Shown here: positions 1-13,128 of the stretch, piece after piece
Layout: the number at the start of each line of letters is the position of its first letter
Numbering within the stretch: the first letter of the stretch is position 1
Assembly (NCBI GenBank): GCA_032718475.1
Contig: JAUCBJ010004605.1
Location: forward strand, 1-64,000
Origin: Nemertoderma westbladi
Taxonomy: Eukaryota; Animalia; Xenacoelomorpha
Length of the DNA stretch: 64,000 nucleotides
Direction of reading: 5' to 3'
Program-made: the position numbers and the translations under genes
Notes under the pieces: generated by a model
What the model was told of the DNA's origin: nothing
Seen by the model: the letters and a program-made list of their open reading frames with translations, nothing else
Database searches by the model: none

Positions 1-403
1 GGGTATTTTGAACTGGTTTTAACGAGCTGCCATCTACAATATACATATTCCATTTCACTGAATCAACTCTTAAGAAGCGAACAAATTATTACCCCGGAAC
101 TTTAACAGACAGCCGCAATTTTGTGCGACAGCTGGTTGCAATGGAAGTATTAATGTATGTTGCCATAGTTACTGACGACTGAATTCAATAGCCAAGTGGT
201 ATGTCGTATAATACAATGCATTTCCAGGCTGTAGAAGAATATCTTAATATAAAAAGTTCGTACAAATACAACTGAACACTGCCCATTAAATAATAATATA
301 TCTTATTGAAGTTTTGTTTACGACTTAAATATGTACCGAAAGAGTGTATCCTATTAGATTAAATATTTAGTTACTTTTTTTAAATAAAATATAGGTCTGT
401 TAT

Positions 404-881
404 TGCTTGTTATTGCTGTTATTGCTTGTTATTGCTGTTATTGCTGTTATTGCTGTTATTGCTGTTATTGCTGTTATTGCTGTTATTGCTGTTATTGCTG
501 TTATTGCTGTTATTGCTGTTATTGCTGTTATTGCTGTTATTGCTTGTTATTGCTGTTATTGCTTGTTATTGCTGTTATTGCTGTTATTGCTGTTATTGCT
601 GTTATTGCTGTTATTGCTGTTATTGCTTGTTATTGCTTGTTATTGCTGTTATTGCTGTTATTGCTGTTATTGCTGTTATTGCTTGTTATTGCTGTTATTG
701 CTGTTATTGCTGTTATTGCTTGTTATTGCTGTTATTGCTGTTATTGCTGTTATTGCTGTTATTGCTGTTATTGCTGTTATTGCTGTTATTGCTGTTATTG
801 CTTGTTATTGCTGTTATTGCTGTTATTGCTGTTATTGCTTGTTATTGCTGTTATTGCTGTTATTGCTGTTATTGCTTGTTA
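404..881. repeat. Microsatellite, 9-bp unit (TTGCTGTTA) with a 10-bp variant (TTGCTTGTTA)
   Basis: Directly visible tandem repeat. It explains the poly-L, VIA and CCY ORFs. Confidence 0.97.
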
Positions 882-2094
882 TTTTCTCTCAATTAGTTGT
901 TAATAGTTATTATTTGAATCATATAAATTTTAACATCAATTTTTTGAGTATATCAGTAAAATATACTTTTTCGTTTTGAAATATTTTTTACTACAGGTTA
1001 AATATATCTCCATCATCATTTCTACTTGAGTCCTGCGTTTCATATTCGCCATGTGGTGGTTTATAACAATTAATAATAATAATAACGAACCTGCCTATTA
1101 ATAGGCCAAGGTAGTCAAGAGTTGAGCCGTTCAAAAACACGATGTGGTTATGTGTGTGTGTATGTATAACCATCCAATATCTCAAAAACTCAAGCAGGTA
1201 CGCAAACATTTTAATAACAAACTCTACATAAAGTTTGGTTGCGCACAAGACTGTATATTTTCTGGCGTTTCGATCACGGGGTCACTGAAAACTAGCGGTT
1301 TTGAAAATTTAAAGTCGAATTTCACCGATTTCAACTCGTCGAGTATGCACCAACTTTTTTATTTGGGCTATTCAGTCATTTGAGCAACATATTTGAGCCT
1401 CAGAATCTTTTCAAATATCGCCAATCTCGCACAGAACGTCGCCAAAATTTGTTAGTCCGGCAAAAAAACGCACAAATTCGTCTAAAAGAGTAAATTATTG
1501 GTTGCAGAATAATATGATTCAACTAGAAAAGCCATCAAGCGGCTTTAAGGAGACCGTCCATAGACAAACGTAGTGTTAGTTGGGTCCCTCATCAACCTAT
1601 AAAACATTTGAACGGCCCAGTAGTGCTTACAATGATATTCCCATAGGATTCACTGGGAAGAGCTATTCAGCTGGCGGGTTAATACATTATACATGTACGA
1701 TGTTTGATTACTGTCTCGGATAGAGTGAGAGAGTAATAAATTTAGCAAGTAATATACTTCTGTGCAGTTTGGGCCTATCCATTCAATAAATAGTAGTAGC
1801 TTACTGAGTACCAGCAGCTGGTGTTTCTATCGTTGAGTTGATGGCAATTTTCGTGTTTTCATTTTCGCTCACTCAGGGTACTGGTTTGAGGGGCAGGTTC
1901 GTTTAAAGCCAGCTTGCTGGCTTTCTAGAATAATAGTTAACAAAATAAATTAGGGAGTAGTATTCTGGTGATGGTCGATGGTGTGCAGTGCGCGATAAAA
2001 TATTAATTCAATGTTAATAAATAAATAATAAATTGAAGTAAAGGACTGGAGAGACGTGAGTGTATCTAAATGACACAGGGAAGCAACTCAATAA

Positions 2095-2220
2095 CTAGAG
2101 CCAATCAGGAGATTGGCGTGGTGCGCGGGTGTGTATCATAAACTATACGCTGCATGTCCCAATGAAGACGGTCAACTAACGACAGTCAGTCAGCTAGTGT
2201 GTATTGCGGTTAGTTACCAC
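2095..2220 (+). promoter_or_regulatory. Possible promoter: inverted pair of CCAAT boxes and an Inr-like TTAGTT
   Basis: CCAATC-AGGA-GATTGG at 2101-2116 in a locally GC-richer patch, with GGTTAGTT near 2210. Motif match only; no link to the downstream gene is shown. Confidence 0.2.
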
Positions 2221-3156
2221 CATTTAGCATACAAGCAATGTGTTCAAGGTGTAAAATAATATATATATATTATTTTTCTATACTTGCATATTTTGACATC
2301 TTGTAGTAGATTCGCCAAAGATACTCCAACACAAACACCTACCAATACACAAACACCTACCAATACTCCAACACAAACCAAGTGCTCCATCACAAACCTA
2401 AGCTCAGCCTCAGCATATACTAACAGCTTTATCATTATTAAATCACTCTTATTTAAACAACAATCGATAAACGACGCTTACCCCGCAAAATCCTTTTAAC
2501 ACGGCCCATTATGATTAGTATGTATTGGTCGCCAGGTTACCATGACAGCTATTAGAAATGTCACTTAATAAGTAATTCATTGTGAGTTTGAAGAGACGGA
2601 TAGTTTATTCAGAATCCCGCATATAATCGCGTTGGCATTGGGGTGCAGTAATACATAACAGCATACGGTTTCTAGGGCAACCCATTATTAAGCTTGTAAT
2701 GAAGTTATATACAGATTATAATTGGTTTTTATTGGCTTATTTCTGCTTGTATTAATACTTTCTGTGGTGTAGATGCGACAGGTGGTAACCACACTACTAC
2801 CCTACCTCGCTATCTAAGTTAATGAGATTCAATTTTTCATTAAACTCCAGATAAATCAATGCCAGAAACCGTTTATACGCTTAGTATTGAATTTATCAAC
2901 ACAATTATTTTTTTTTGTTAAATTATATTCATCATTGCAATTAATTAGTTTTATCTAAACTGGACAGCGCAATTTTGGTTTTATTCACGAATAATAATAT
3001 GTATTGTGAGTGGTAACTTGCAAAAAGTAAAGGTTAAACATTTTTCGGCCGAGGGTAAACATATTTAATAAAGTTATGAATTTTTGCGTTCCAAACATGC
3101 ACACGACGAAAGAATATTAGTAAGTATTAGTAAGAAATTATTACATTAGGTAGTGG

Positions 3157-4797
3157 CTTTAATTAGAGTGGGAACAATTCTAATTAGAGTGGGAACAACT
3201 TTAATTAGAGTGGAACAACTTTAATTAGAGTGGAACAACTTTAATTAGAGTGGGAACAACTTTAATTAGAGTGGAACAACTTTAATTAGAGTGGGAACAA
3301 CTTTAATTAGAGTGGAACAACTTTAATTAGAGTGGGAACAATTTTAATTAGAGTGGGAACAACTTTAATTAGAGTGGAACAACTTTAATTAGAGTGGGAA
3401 CAATTTTAATTAGAGTGGGAACAACTTTAATTAGAGTGGAACACTTTAATAGAGTGGGAACAACTTTAATTAGAGTGGAACAACTTTAATTAGAGTGAAC
3501 AACTTTAATTAGAGTGGAACAACTTTAATTAGAGTGGGAACAACTTTAATTAGAGTGGAACAACTTTAATTAGAGTGGGAACAACTTTAATTAGAGTGGG
3601 AACAACTTTAATTAGAGTGGAACAACTTTAATTAGAGTGGGAACAACTTTAATTAGAGTGGAACAACTTTAATTAGAGTGGGAACAACTTTAATTAGAGT
3701 GGGAACAACTTTAATTAGAGTGGAACAACTTTAATTAGAGTGGGAACAACTTTAATTAGAGTGGGAACAACTTTAATTAGAGTGGGAACAACTTTAATTA
3801 GAGTGGAACAACTTTAATTAGAGTGGGAACAACTTTAATTAGAGTGGAACAACTTTAATTAGAGTGGGAACAACTTTAATTAGAGTGGGAACAACTTTAA
3901 TTAGAGTGGAACAACTTTAATTAGAGTGGAACACTTTAATAGAGTGGGAACAACTTTAATTAGAGTGGAACAACTTTAATTAGAGTGAACAACTTTAATT
4001 AGAGTGGAACAACTTTAATTAGAGTGGGAACAACTTTAATTAGAGTGGAACAACTTTAATTAGAGTGGGAACAACTTTAATTAGAGTGGGAACAACTTTA
4101 ATTAGAGTGGAACAACTTTAATTAGAGTGGGAACAACTTTAATTAGAGTGGAACAACTTTAATTAGAGTGGGAACAACTTTAATTAGAGTGGGAACAACT
4201 TTAATTAGAGTGGAACAACTTTAATTAGAGTGGGAACAACTTTAATTAGAGTGTGAACAACTTTAATTAGAGTGGAACAACTTTAATTAGAGTGGGAACA
4301 ACTTTAATTAGAGTGGGAACAACTTTAATTAGAGTGGGAACAACTTTAATTAGAGTGGGAACACCTTTAATTAGAGTGGAACAACGTTAATTAGAGTGGG
4401 AACAACGTTAATTAGAGTGGAACAACTTTAATTAGAGTGGGAACAACTTTAATTAGAGTGTGAACAACTTTAATTAGAGTGGAACAACTTTAATTAGAGT
4501 GGAACAACTTTAATTAGAGTGGGAACAACTTTAATTAGAGTGGGAACAACTTTAATTAGAGTGGAACAACGTTAATTAGAGTGGGAACAACGTTAATTAG
4601 AGTGGAACAACTTTAATTAAAGTGGAACAACTTTAATTAGAGTGGAACAACTTTAATTAGAGTGGGAACAACTTTAATTAGAGTGGGAACAACTTTAATT
4701 AGAGTGTGAACAACTTTAATTAGAGTGTGAACAACTTTAATTAGAATGGAACAAATTTAATGTGAATGGAACAACTTTAATGTGAATGGAACAACTT
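3157..4797. repeat. Minisatellite, 20/21-bp unit CTTTAATTAGAGTGG(G)AACAA, about 80 copies
   Basis: Directly visible; degenerate at the right end. Copy number estimated from length. Confidence 0.97.
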
Positions 4798-5811
4798 AGA
4801 GAGGGGATTCCTCCTCGTGTTTGCCCATTTTATGATTAAATGATTTTTTTGTTTATTGTGTCGAAAGCCTTCTTCAGATTAATGTTGTGTGTTTCTGTTT
4901 TGCGAATTATTCAGATAGGTGTGGGGGGGGGGGGGGCTCTTTACAATTGATAGTCTTGAAGCAATCACAATTCATCCTTATCCAGGGTAAATCGACGCAA
5001 ATATCAGCTGATTACTCTAAAAAAAACTCAAAGTAACCTGATTTATTGACTTTCGTTTATTGTTTTGGTTAGAATAACGTGCTACTGTAACCTCCTCCTT
5101 TCCTTTAAATGATACTTAAGATTGAGATGAGATATTAATTCGCCGAGATGGGATTTGCGACAAGTAATGGAATAGTATTTTACAGTTTCGAAACATAATG
5201 AAAGTAGATTGTGGTCGGAGGCTCCTATTTTGAGTTAAATGTTCCTCCAGTAATGTTCCTCCAGTATTAGCTCGGGTAGTAGTTTATCTTATAATGTGAT
5301 CGTGTGGTATCCTGTAGTAATTAATGTAGGAATTCAATTTCCTGTAGGAATTAAAGAGTAGCAGTTCGAATCTATATGTATACGGTTGGTATGTAGTTTG
5401 TCCTAAATCGATATTTATATATCAGTTGTTATGTCGTCAATACGATACGAGTAAAGGAGAAAGAGAGACATAGGAGAAATATAAGTAGTCTCGATTTATC
5501 GCACCCAGTCAGTAAACAGTTCCTACAAGTAGATATTAGATTTAGGGAGTTTAATTTCAATCCCTGAGTTTTCAAGGTCCTCCATTTTTAAATGAACCAT
5601 TTCAGTCGACTCAGAATGTCCCATCACAAATATTGCCATTTTTGGCCAATTAATGATAGAAATCCAGTTATAGAAAAAATATTTTTTATGAGTCTGCTGC
5701 AGTTAAAATTAAAAACGGAAAACGGAAGAATTTTGTTATTTTTGTATTAAAACTTTGTTTGTTCTTTATAATTACCTCCAGGGCCGTATTTATAGCGGAG
5801 CAGAGCTTTGG

Positions 5812-5985
5812 GGTTGCTCGCAATGGGTTGCACACAATGGGTTGCTCGCAATGGGTTGCACACAATGGGTTGCTCACAATGGGTTGCTCACAATGGGTTG
5901 CTCACAATGGGTTGCACACAATGGGTTGCTCACAATGGGTTGCACACAATGGGTTGCACACAATGGGTTGCACACAATGGGTTGC
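5812..5985. repeat. Minisatellite, 14-bp unit CAATGGGTTGC(A/T)CA
   Basis: Directly visible; abuts the 12-bp array. Confidence 0.95.
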
Positions 5986-7026
5986 CACTGTTTGTCCCAC
6001 TGTTTGTCCCACTTTTTGTCCCACTGTTTGTCCCACTGTATGTCCCACTGTTTGTCCCACTGTTTGTCCCACTGTATGTCACACTGTTTGTCCCACTGTT
6101 TGTCCCACTGTTCGTCCCACTGTTTGTCCCATTGTCTGTCCCACTGTTTGTCCCACTGTTTGTCCCACTGTTTGTCCCACTGTATGTCCCACTGTTTGTC
6201 CCACTGTATGTTCCACTGTTTGTCCCACTGTTTGTCCCACTGTTTGTCCTACTGTTTGTCACACTGTTTGTCCCACTGTTTGTCCCATTGTTTGTCCCAT
6301 TGTTTGTCCCACTGTTTGTCCCACTGTTTGTCCCACTGTTTGTGTCCCACTGTATGTCCCATTGTTTGTCCCACTGTATGTCCCACTGTTTGTCCCACTG
6401 TATGTCCCTCTGTTTTTCCTACTGTTTGTCCCACTGTTTGTCCCACTGTTTGGTTTGTCCCACTGCTTGTCCCACTGTTTGTCCCACTGTTTGTCACACT
6501 GTTTGTCCCATTGTCTGCCCCACTGTTTGTCCCACTGTTTGTCCCACTGTTTGTCCGACTGTATGTCCCACTGTTTGTCCCACTGTATATTCCACTGTTT
6601 GTCCCACTGTTTGTCCCACTGTTTGTCCCACTGTTTGTCCCATTGTTTGTCCCATTGGTTGTCCCACTGTTTGTCCCACTGTTTGTCCAACTGTTTGTCC
6701 CACTGTTTGTCCCACTGTTTGTCCCACTGTTTGTCCCATTGTTTTCCCACTGTTTGTCCCACTGTTTGTCCCACTGTTTGTCCCACTGTATGTCCTACTG
6801 TATGTCCCACTGTATGTCCCACTCCACTGTTTGTCCCACTGTTTGTCCCACTGCATGTCCCACTGTTTGTCCCACTGTATGTCCCACTGTTTGTCCCACT
6901 GTTTGTCCGACTGTATGTCCCACTCCACTGTTTGTCCCACTGTTTGTCCCACTGCATGTCCCACTGTTTGTCCCACTGTATGTCCCACTGTTTGTCCCAC
7001 TGTTTGTCCCACTGTATGTCCCACTG
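5986..7026. repeat. Minisatellite, 12-bp unit CCACTGTTTGTC
   Basis: Directly visible; ends at CCACTG|GTGAGT (7027). Confidence 0.96.
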
Positions 7027-10000
7027 GTGAGTCCTGCCAGCATTATGATCTATGACAAGGTTGCATAACTGAAATTTTGCAAATAAATAATATATCCAAT
7101 GAATTGTTTATTTTTTTATATGAAAAATTAAAGATTAATTTGACTTATATGGAAAAACCAGATGCAATACTTCGAACATTTTAGTAGGTTTTTATCATTG
7201 CAAAAGTTTTCAAAGCGATGAGCCGCTCTAGGTATGAGGTTGCCGCAAGCAAACTTCCGAATATTTAAGTTAAAACATCGGCGTTGGAAAAATATATGAG
7301 TCCTTCGAATTTACAGAACAAAATGGCAATATATGAAGGTAACACAGTAGACATCGGTAAGGCGGTGCGCAGAATCGCTTGGTAAATAATAATAATTCAA
7401 CTATTTAATAAAGTGCTAATAAGTTATAAGGCGCTTGTTAACCATAGGCTTTATTAAACCGAACAGTTATCAGGTCACGTTTGAATTGGTTGAAGTCGGT
7501 GGGTGTTCTTGAAGGATCGAGCGCAGAGAGTTTTAACATTATATGTTGGAACAAATATAATCAGTTCGGGTAACATTATAGTTAGTTGGGATTGGGAACC
7601 AATAAATATGGGAAATAGGTTCCAGGTTGATAAAGCTATTTTGTAGTCCATCCCATATGGCGGACAGCCAATGTAATTTATTTAAGGTATCGGTTTTATT
7701 AGAGGTTTTTGGTAGCTTCTTAATTAACCCTTTCAGAACTAGTAGAATTCAGAAAGTGACATTCAGATCCCACTAACTAGAAAATGCAAAATTTAATAAA
7801 AATGACAATCTGTCTGTCGATATGATTCGAGCGCAAGACTTAACTTAAAATTATTTCCCTGGGAGTTTTCGCAGACGGTGATTTCATTTCTGAGGTCAGC
7901 TTTCCCGTTTGGCTCCACCCAGACTGTCTGTTTGTCTGTCGGTCAGTCTGTCTGTCAAAATATACGGAACCACATCACATAACCAAAATGTTCCCTAAAA
8001 TGACAGTTTTCGCGTTTGGCGGTATCCTGATACTCTCTCCGTCTGCCTGTTTGTCTGTCAAAATATAAAACGCCCAATACCTAACTGAAATTATCGATAT
8101 GAATAACAAACAAACCAAAGAAAACATACAACAACAGGCAGATACAACGTAGCGCTTGTTATACCTATTGTAGATGTCAATCATTAACTGTTCCAACAGA
8201 ACATAATAAAAACATTATACTTAATTCAACAACTTATAGTTATTTATTTATATTAGGCAGTCTCATTAATTACCATTGGTAAAAATAAAAAGAAACACTA
8301 ACTCGCACTTTTCAGTTCCTAATTAGTTTAGTGTTTTGGTTAAATTTGCCCCTTTTGTAACCTGTGTTAGAAGTAGAACGCAGCACATTTCCGGCTTTAC
8401 GCCTTCGGGTGGCTATGGCTATATTCATTCAAGTAAAATAAAGACAACAATCACAATAAATTAAGGTAAACTTCACGTTGTCAAATTACTTACACAGTAA
8501 AAAGTGGAGTAAAGTTAGTTTGGTTGAAAACCAAATTCAATTAATGACGACGATAATATTGCAGAAAACGTCACTCGTGCGGTATTTACTAAGGGTTGCT
8601 TTGCTACCCCTACCGTTAAACTAATAATAACCAAGAAGGGTTGAAATAAGTCGAAAACGGCTTGAGAGTATCATATTAAAAGGCCCATTGTATTGGGTTC
8701 CCCTGTAGGCCATAGATGATTAAGCCATGGTGCAGTCGGAATTGGGTTCTGGGTTGTTACTACGGTTATAGCTGTGTTTTAGCGAAACACAAGCCAGTTA
8801 AAATATATTATGGGAGGAATAATTTCTTTAACAACGGTTGCATTTTTATTAGAACAGTATTATTAGAACAGTGTTGGCATTGGCATAGTTATTAGAACAT
8901 TGTAAGCGTTGTTGTAATATTGCCGCGTTATTAGTTATACTGCATTATGAAATACTTATGACATCTGGTAAGATTCAATATATATTTCCCTTTTTCATAC
9001 AGTCTACCAGTCTAAGTAAATTTTAATCCCTTTTACATATGCCTGTATAAAAATAGTGTATCAAGAACTCGTTTCTTAATATTTGCGAGAGAAACCAGAA
9101 CAGCCCGTAGAGTTGTTCTAGGGTAGGGACGTTCAGCGTTAATTCCAATCAATATATTATTACGCGTTCAATACAACATAGAATTCATGTAATATGTGAC
9201 AAATCGTCTACGTTACATATTTATACGTTTACATACCTTATAATAAATAGCGCAGTATATCGATTGGAATTTCTGAGAAAATTATATTAAACACACTTGT
9301 TATTAGTAATAAAATTATTTTATTTGGAGTTCTATACATGTAATTGTATTTTTTACTGTTTAACTTGCTAACTTTTTGTAAAAACTATGATATTTTGGAA
9401 ATATTTATAAACTATTTGCGTTTTTATTTAGTTTAATTTTAGAGAAAGCAGAACATTTGTATATAAAATCATTCGCAATATTTTTAATAATCATAATTTA
9501 AAATTAAAATCTCTATAAAATTTATCCATTTTTTTATGTGTGTAACCCCATGCAAAAATATATGGGAAATCATTAACATTATTATGTAAAAAGTATCCCT
9601 TCCAAAACTCAAATGACGGAATACAGCTTTATCTACAGACATGGACAGATTTGTCCAGCGTAATTATACCTAACAATTGGTTAAGTGGCCGTAAATACTG
9701 TATATTATATTATAATCGGACATGAGAGATAATAACAATTAATTTAAACGACGGATATGTTTGAATTAACATAAAATTATTCTAAATAAAATATATAAAT
9801 AATAATTAATTAATAACATCAAAATTTTCAATTTATTATATTCAATTAATAATTGGAGAAGTTTACAGAGTGATGATTGAATGATGTTTGAATGATGCTG
9901 TCTTTGTTTAATTTTGTTTGGGTCACCGCATGCATCGGCTGTGTTGTAATTAGTACGGCATTATTACTGCACAGGTAACTATCATTGCAACACTATGCGA

Positions 10001-10317
10001 GATTATTTATTTTATAGGCTGCGAATTATTTCGATGTTACTTTGTACGCTGAGAGAATTACTACACTGATTTACTAGCGAGTAATTGTCATGTTGATAAT
10101 TAGGTGAGGCAGGGGGGTTATAGAGTGGCGTGTATTTATTTTCATCCGCGTTAAACAGTTGTCTGTAGGCAGAGCGTTACAGAACTAGAAAAGGCTGCAA
10201 CTGAGCAAGATCTCTCACATACTGCAATCGTCTAGTATAGTTAACCAGTTAACCAGTCTCTCGCTAGAGGGCGACTGAGTTGGGCAACGTTTGGAATAGT
10301 GGTACCCTTATGGAAAG

Positions 10318-10820
10318 TTTGCTTACTAGGGCTTGCTTACTAGTTTGCTTACTAGGGCTTGCTTACTAGTTTGCTTACTAGGGCTTGCTTACTAGGGCTT
10401 GCTTACTAGGGCTTGCTTACTAGTTTACTTACTAGGACTTACTTACTAGGGCTTGCTTACTAGCGCTTGCTTACTAGGTCTTGCTTACTAGTTTGCTTAC
10501 TGGGGCTTGCTTACTAGGGCTTGCTTACTCGGGCTTGCTTACTCGGGCTTGCTTACTAGGGCTTGCTTACTAGGTCTTGCTTACTAGTTTTCATACTAGG
10601 GCTAGGTCTTGCTTACTGGTTTGCTTACTAGGGCTTACGTACTAGGGCTTGCTTACTACGGCTTGCTTTCTAGGGGTTACTTACTAGGGATGGCTTACTA
10701 GGGCTTGCTTACTAGGTTTTGCTTACTAGTTTGCTTACTAGGGCTTACTTACTAGGTCTTGCTTACTAGTTTGCTTACTAAGGCTTACTTACTAGGTCTT
10801 GCTTACTAGGGCTTGCTTAT
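10318..10820. repeat. Minisatellite, 14/12-bp units AGGGCTTGCTTACT / AGTTTGCTTACT
   Basis: Directly visible. Confidence 0.95.
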
Positions 10821-10825
10821 TATGC

Positions 10826-11076
10826 GTATTATGGGACATGGTGTATTCGGGGACATGGTGGATGGGACATGGTGTATTCTGGGGGATGGTGTATTCTGGG
10901 ACATGGCGGATGGGACATGGTGTATTCTGGGACATGGTGTATTATGGGACATGGCGTATTATGGGACATGGTGTATTCTGGGGCATGGTGTATTCTGGGG
11001 CATGGTGTATTCTGGGGCATGGTGTATTCTGGGGCATGGTGTATTCTGGGACATGGTGTATTCTGGGACATGGTGG
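10826..11076. repeat. Minisatellite, 17-bp unit CATGGTGTATTCTGGG(G/A)
   Basis: Directly visible; adjacent to the previous array. Confidence 0.93.
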
Positions 11077-12089
11077 ACACTTCATTAAAGATTAGCAGTT
11101 GTATTATCATTGTTTTACGAACGAGTTTCCACGAACACAGAATGCTTGAGACTTCGATAGCTAAACATAAAATCAGGCTGTCTCAACTCTTAGCCAAAAT
11201 AATTTAACATTCATACATAACTAATAATGAAGGTTAGATTTCAAGTGAAAGTATGTAATATTTGCCAGGTAATTAATGGTTGTTAATAGTACGAATATGT
11301 AACAGCACACAATGTCCTTGCGATATTAATTCTACTCAATGTTTGACTATTTATTTGGCATGGAAACTATTTTGGGAGAATAACTCATATTTTGATGTGG
11401 GGCGAGTAATTATAATTTACTAATGGTTGCATTATATTGGGCTTATGTGGTGGTCTACACAGATTATAATATGGAATTTGACCTACACATGTTATACTTT
11501 CTAAACTGCTTGGATTAACTATTGCACAAATTTTGCCAAATATTTACCAGCTGTATTTGGGATCGATAATTTGGAAGGAAACGTGTTTTTTAGATCTTAT
11601 ACTTAATGTAAATATTGATACATACTGAAAAGCCTTGGTTATTACTTTACGATAAATCCATATGATATCAATTTATAGTGAGGGTAATATCTAAATATTT
11701 TCAGTGGACTCAAAATCACTTTGAAGTGATTAATTTATCTAAAATATTTTAAGAAAAATTGTTTATTTGCAATTTTTGTGAATTTTTTATGTAGTGAAAC
11801 AATGTTTCATTACATCGTATTATAGTGGGTAGCGCTTTCCAATATTATATTATTCGTTGAATTCGGTTGTTTAATCTGTTATCATGTAAAGTTTAATATA
11901 TCCATTTAAATAGTTAATTAATTATTCAATAAAAATTTAATATTATAATAAAGTTATTTAGTCGTTTTTAGGTTTTTAGATATTAAGTTATTTAAAGATA
12001 TTAGTTGTTGATACTTAATTAATAATTATTGCGGACATAGATTTAAATATTTTGCATAAGTCTACTTCGCAATTGTTAGTGAAACTTAA

Positions 12090-12376
12090 ATGCAGGGAAG
12101 TCCAACTGAAATACTGAGAAATCCCACTGAAATGGCGGGAAATCAAACTGAAATTGTGGGAAATGCAATCGAAATGACGGGAAGTCCAACTGAAATGACG
12201 GGAAGTCCAACTGAAATGAAGGGAAGTCCAACTGAAATGACGGAAAGTCCAACTGAAATGACGGGAAGTCCAACTGAAATGACGGGAAGTCCAACTGAAA
12301 TGACGGGAAGTCCAACTGAAATTACGGGAATTCCAACTGAAATGACGGGAAGTCCAACTGAAATGACGGGAAGTCT
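12090..12376 (+). repeat. Coding 21-bp tandem repeat (EMTGSPT), about 13 copies
   Basis: GAAATGACGGGAAGTCCAACT units, in frame. Confidence 0.93.
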
Positions 12377-13128
12377 CAGTGAGCTGCTCTATGGGGGCGG
12401 AAACAAATATGCTACTGATGGTGCAGTAGATCGACTCAACACCATTATAAACCGTCGGCGACTTCTCCAGAGAGAGTCCAACGCTACTGGGTGCTCTAAG
12501 AATCGTGTACAATATAAGGTGGAGACAGTCAATGTCTTTAAATCGAAGAGAAAACGATTCACGCCTTTGAAAAGGTCTGAAATAATTAACGATGTAGAAG
12601 AAGACGACACAGATAGAGAGACATTAACTTACGACATGGTAGACGCGCCGTTAGACCTGTCTATTAAAGCTAAACCGGCCAAACACAGAACCCAACTGCG
12701 GCCAATAGGCACCGGAAGTAAGTACACAAGGAAAACGAGACCAATCGGAACTTGGAATCCGATAACGCATGACGTCACAAACATCGGGGATTACGGAATG
12801 ATGGGAGTGACGTCAGAAGCGGATGGTGATGTCGGCACATCTGAGTACCAACTCGACGAACTTTCGGGGGTCCCTCTGGACGATTCTCCTACCGACGAAT
12901 ACAGTTCGGATGGCAGCGAATGGGACGAACCGGATTTGGCGCCGACCAACGTTCTCCTTCATCATATGACCAACAAAGCACCGCAGCCGCGCAGACCAGT
13001 CGCCTCCAAGGGGGATATCAGACGACGGGGATTCACAACAGACCGCGCAGTAGTAGCCAGCCAATCAGCGTCTTCTGTCGCCTATACGAGCTACACGCAG
13101 ACTCTTGATTGGTCAATGAATCCTTCAG
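12090..13128 (+). CDS. cas: castor exon 1 (first identified coding exon): EMTGSPT repeats, PLDLS motif, acidic region
   Basis: Long GC-richer ORF. Donor CAG|GTTGGT at 13129 is phase 1 and matches acceptor 14395. Start is either ATG 12090 or acceptor TGCAG|G at 12096. Confidence 0.7.

Noticed and set aside
403-979. Poly-Leu, Cys-rich and VIA ORFs
   Set aside because: A stop-free 9-bp microsatellite read in three frames.
1250-1570. Possible DNA-transposon remnant
   Set aside because: No matching terminal repeat, TSD or coding remnant found by eye.
5755-7068. Metallothionein/keratin-like Cys-rich proteins (VCPT, CLSH repeats)
   Set aside because: Open in all frames because of the repeat. Kept only as a speculative exon because of the flanking splice signals.
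10799-11207. ORFs over the 17-bp repeat
   Set aside because: Frame-cycling repeat translations with no unique coding signal.
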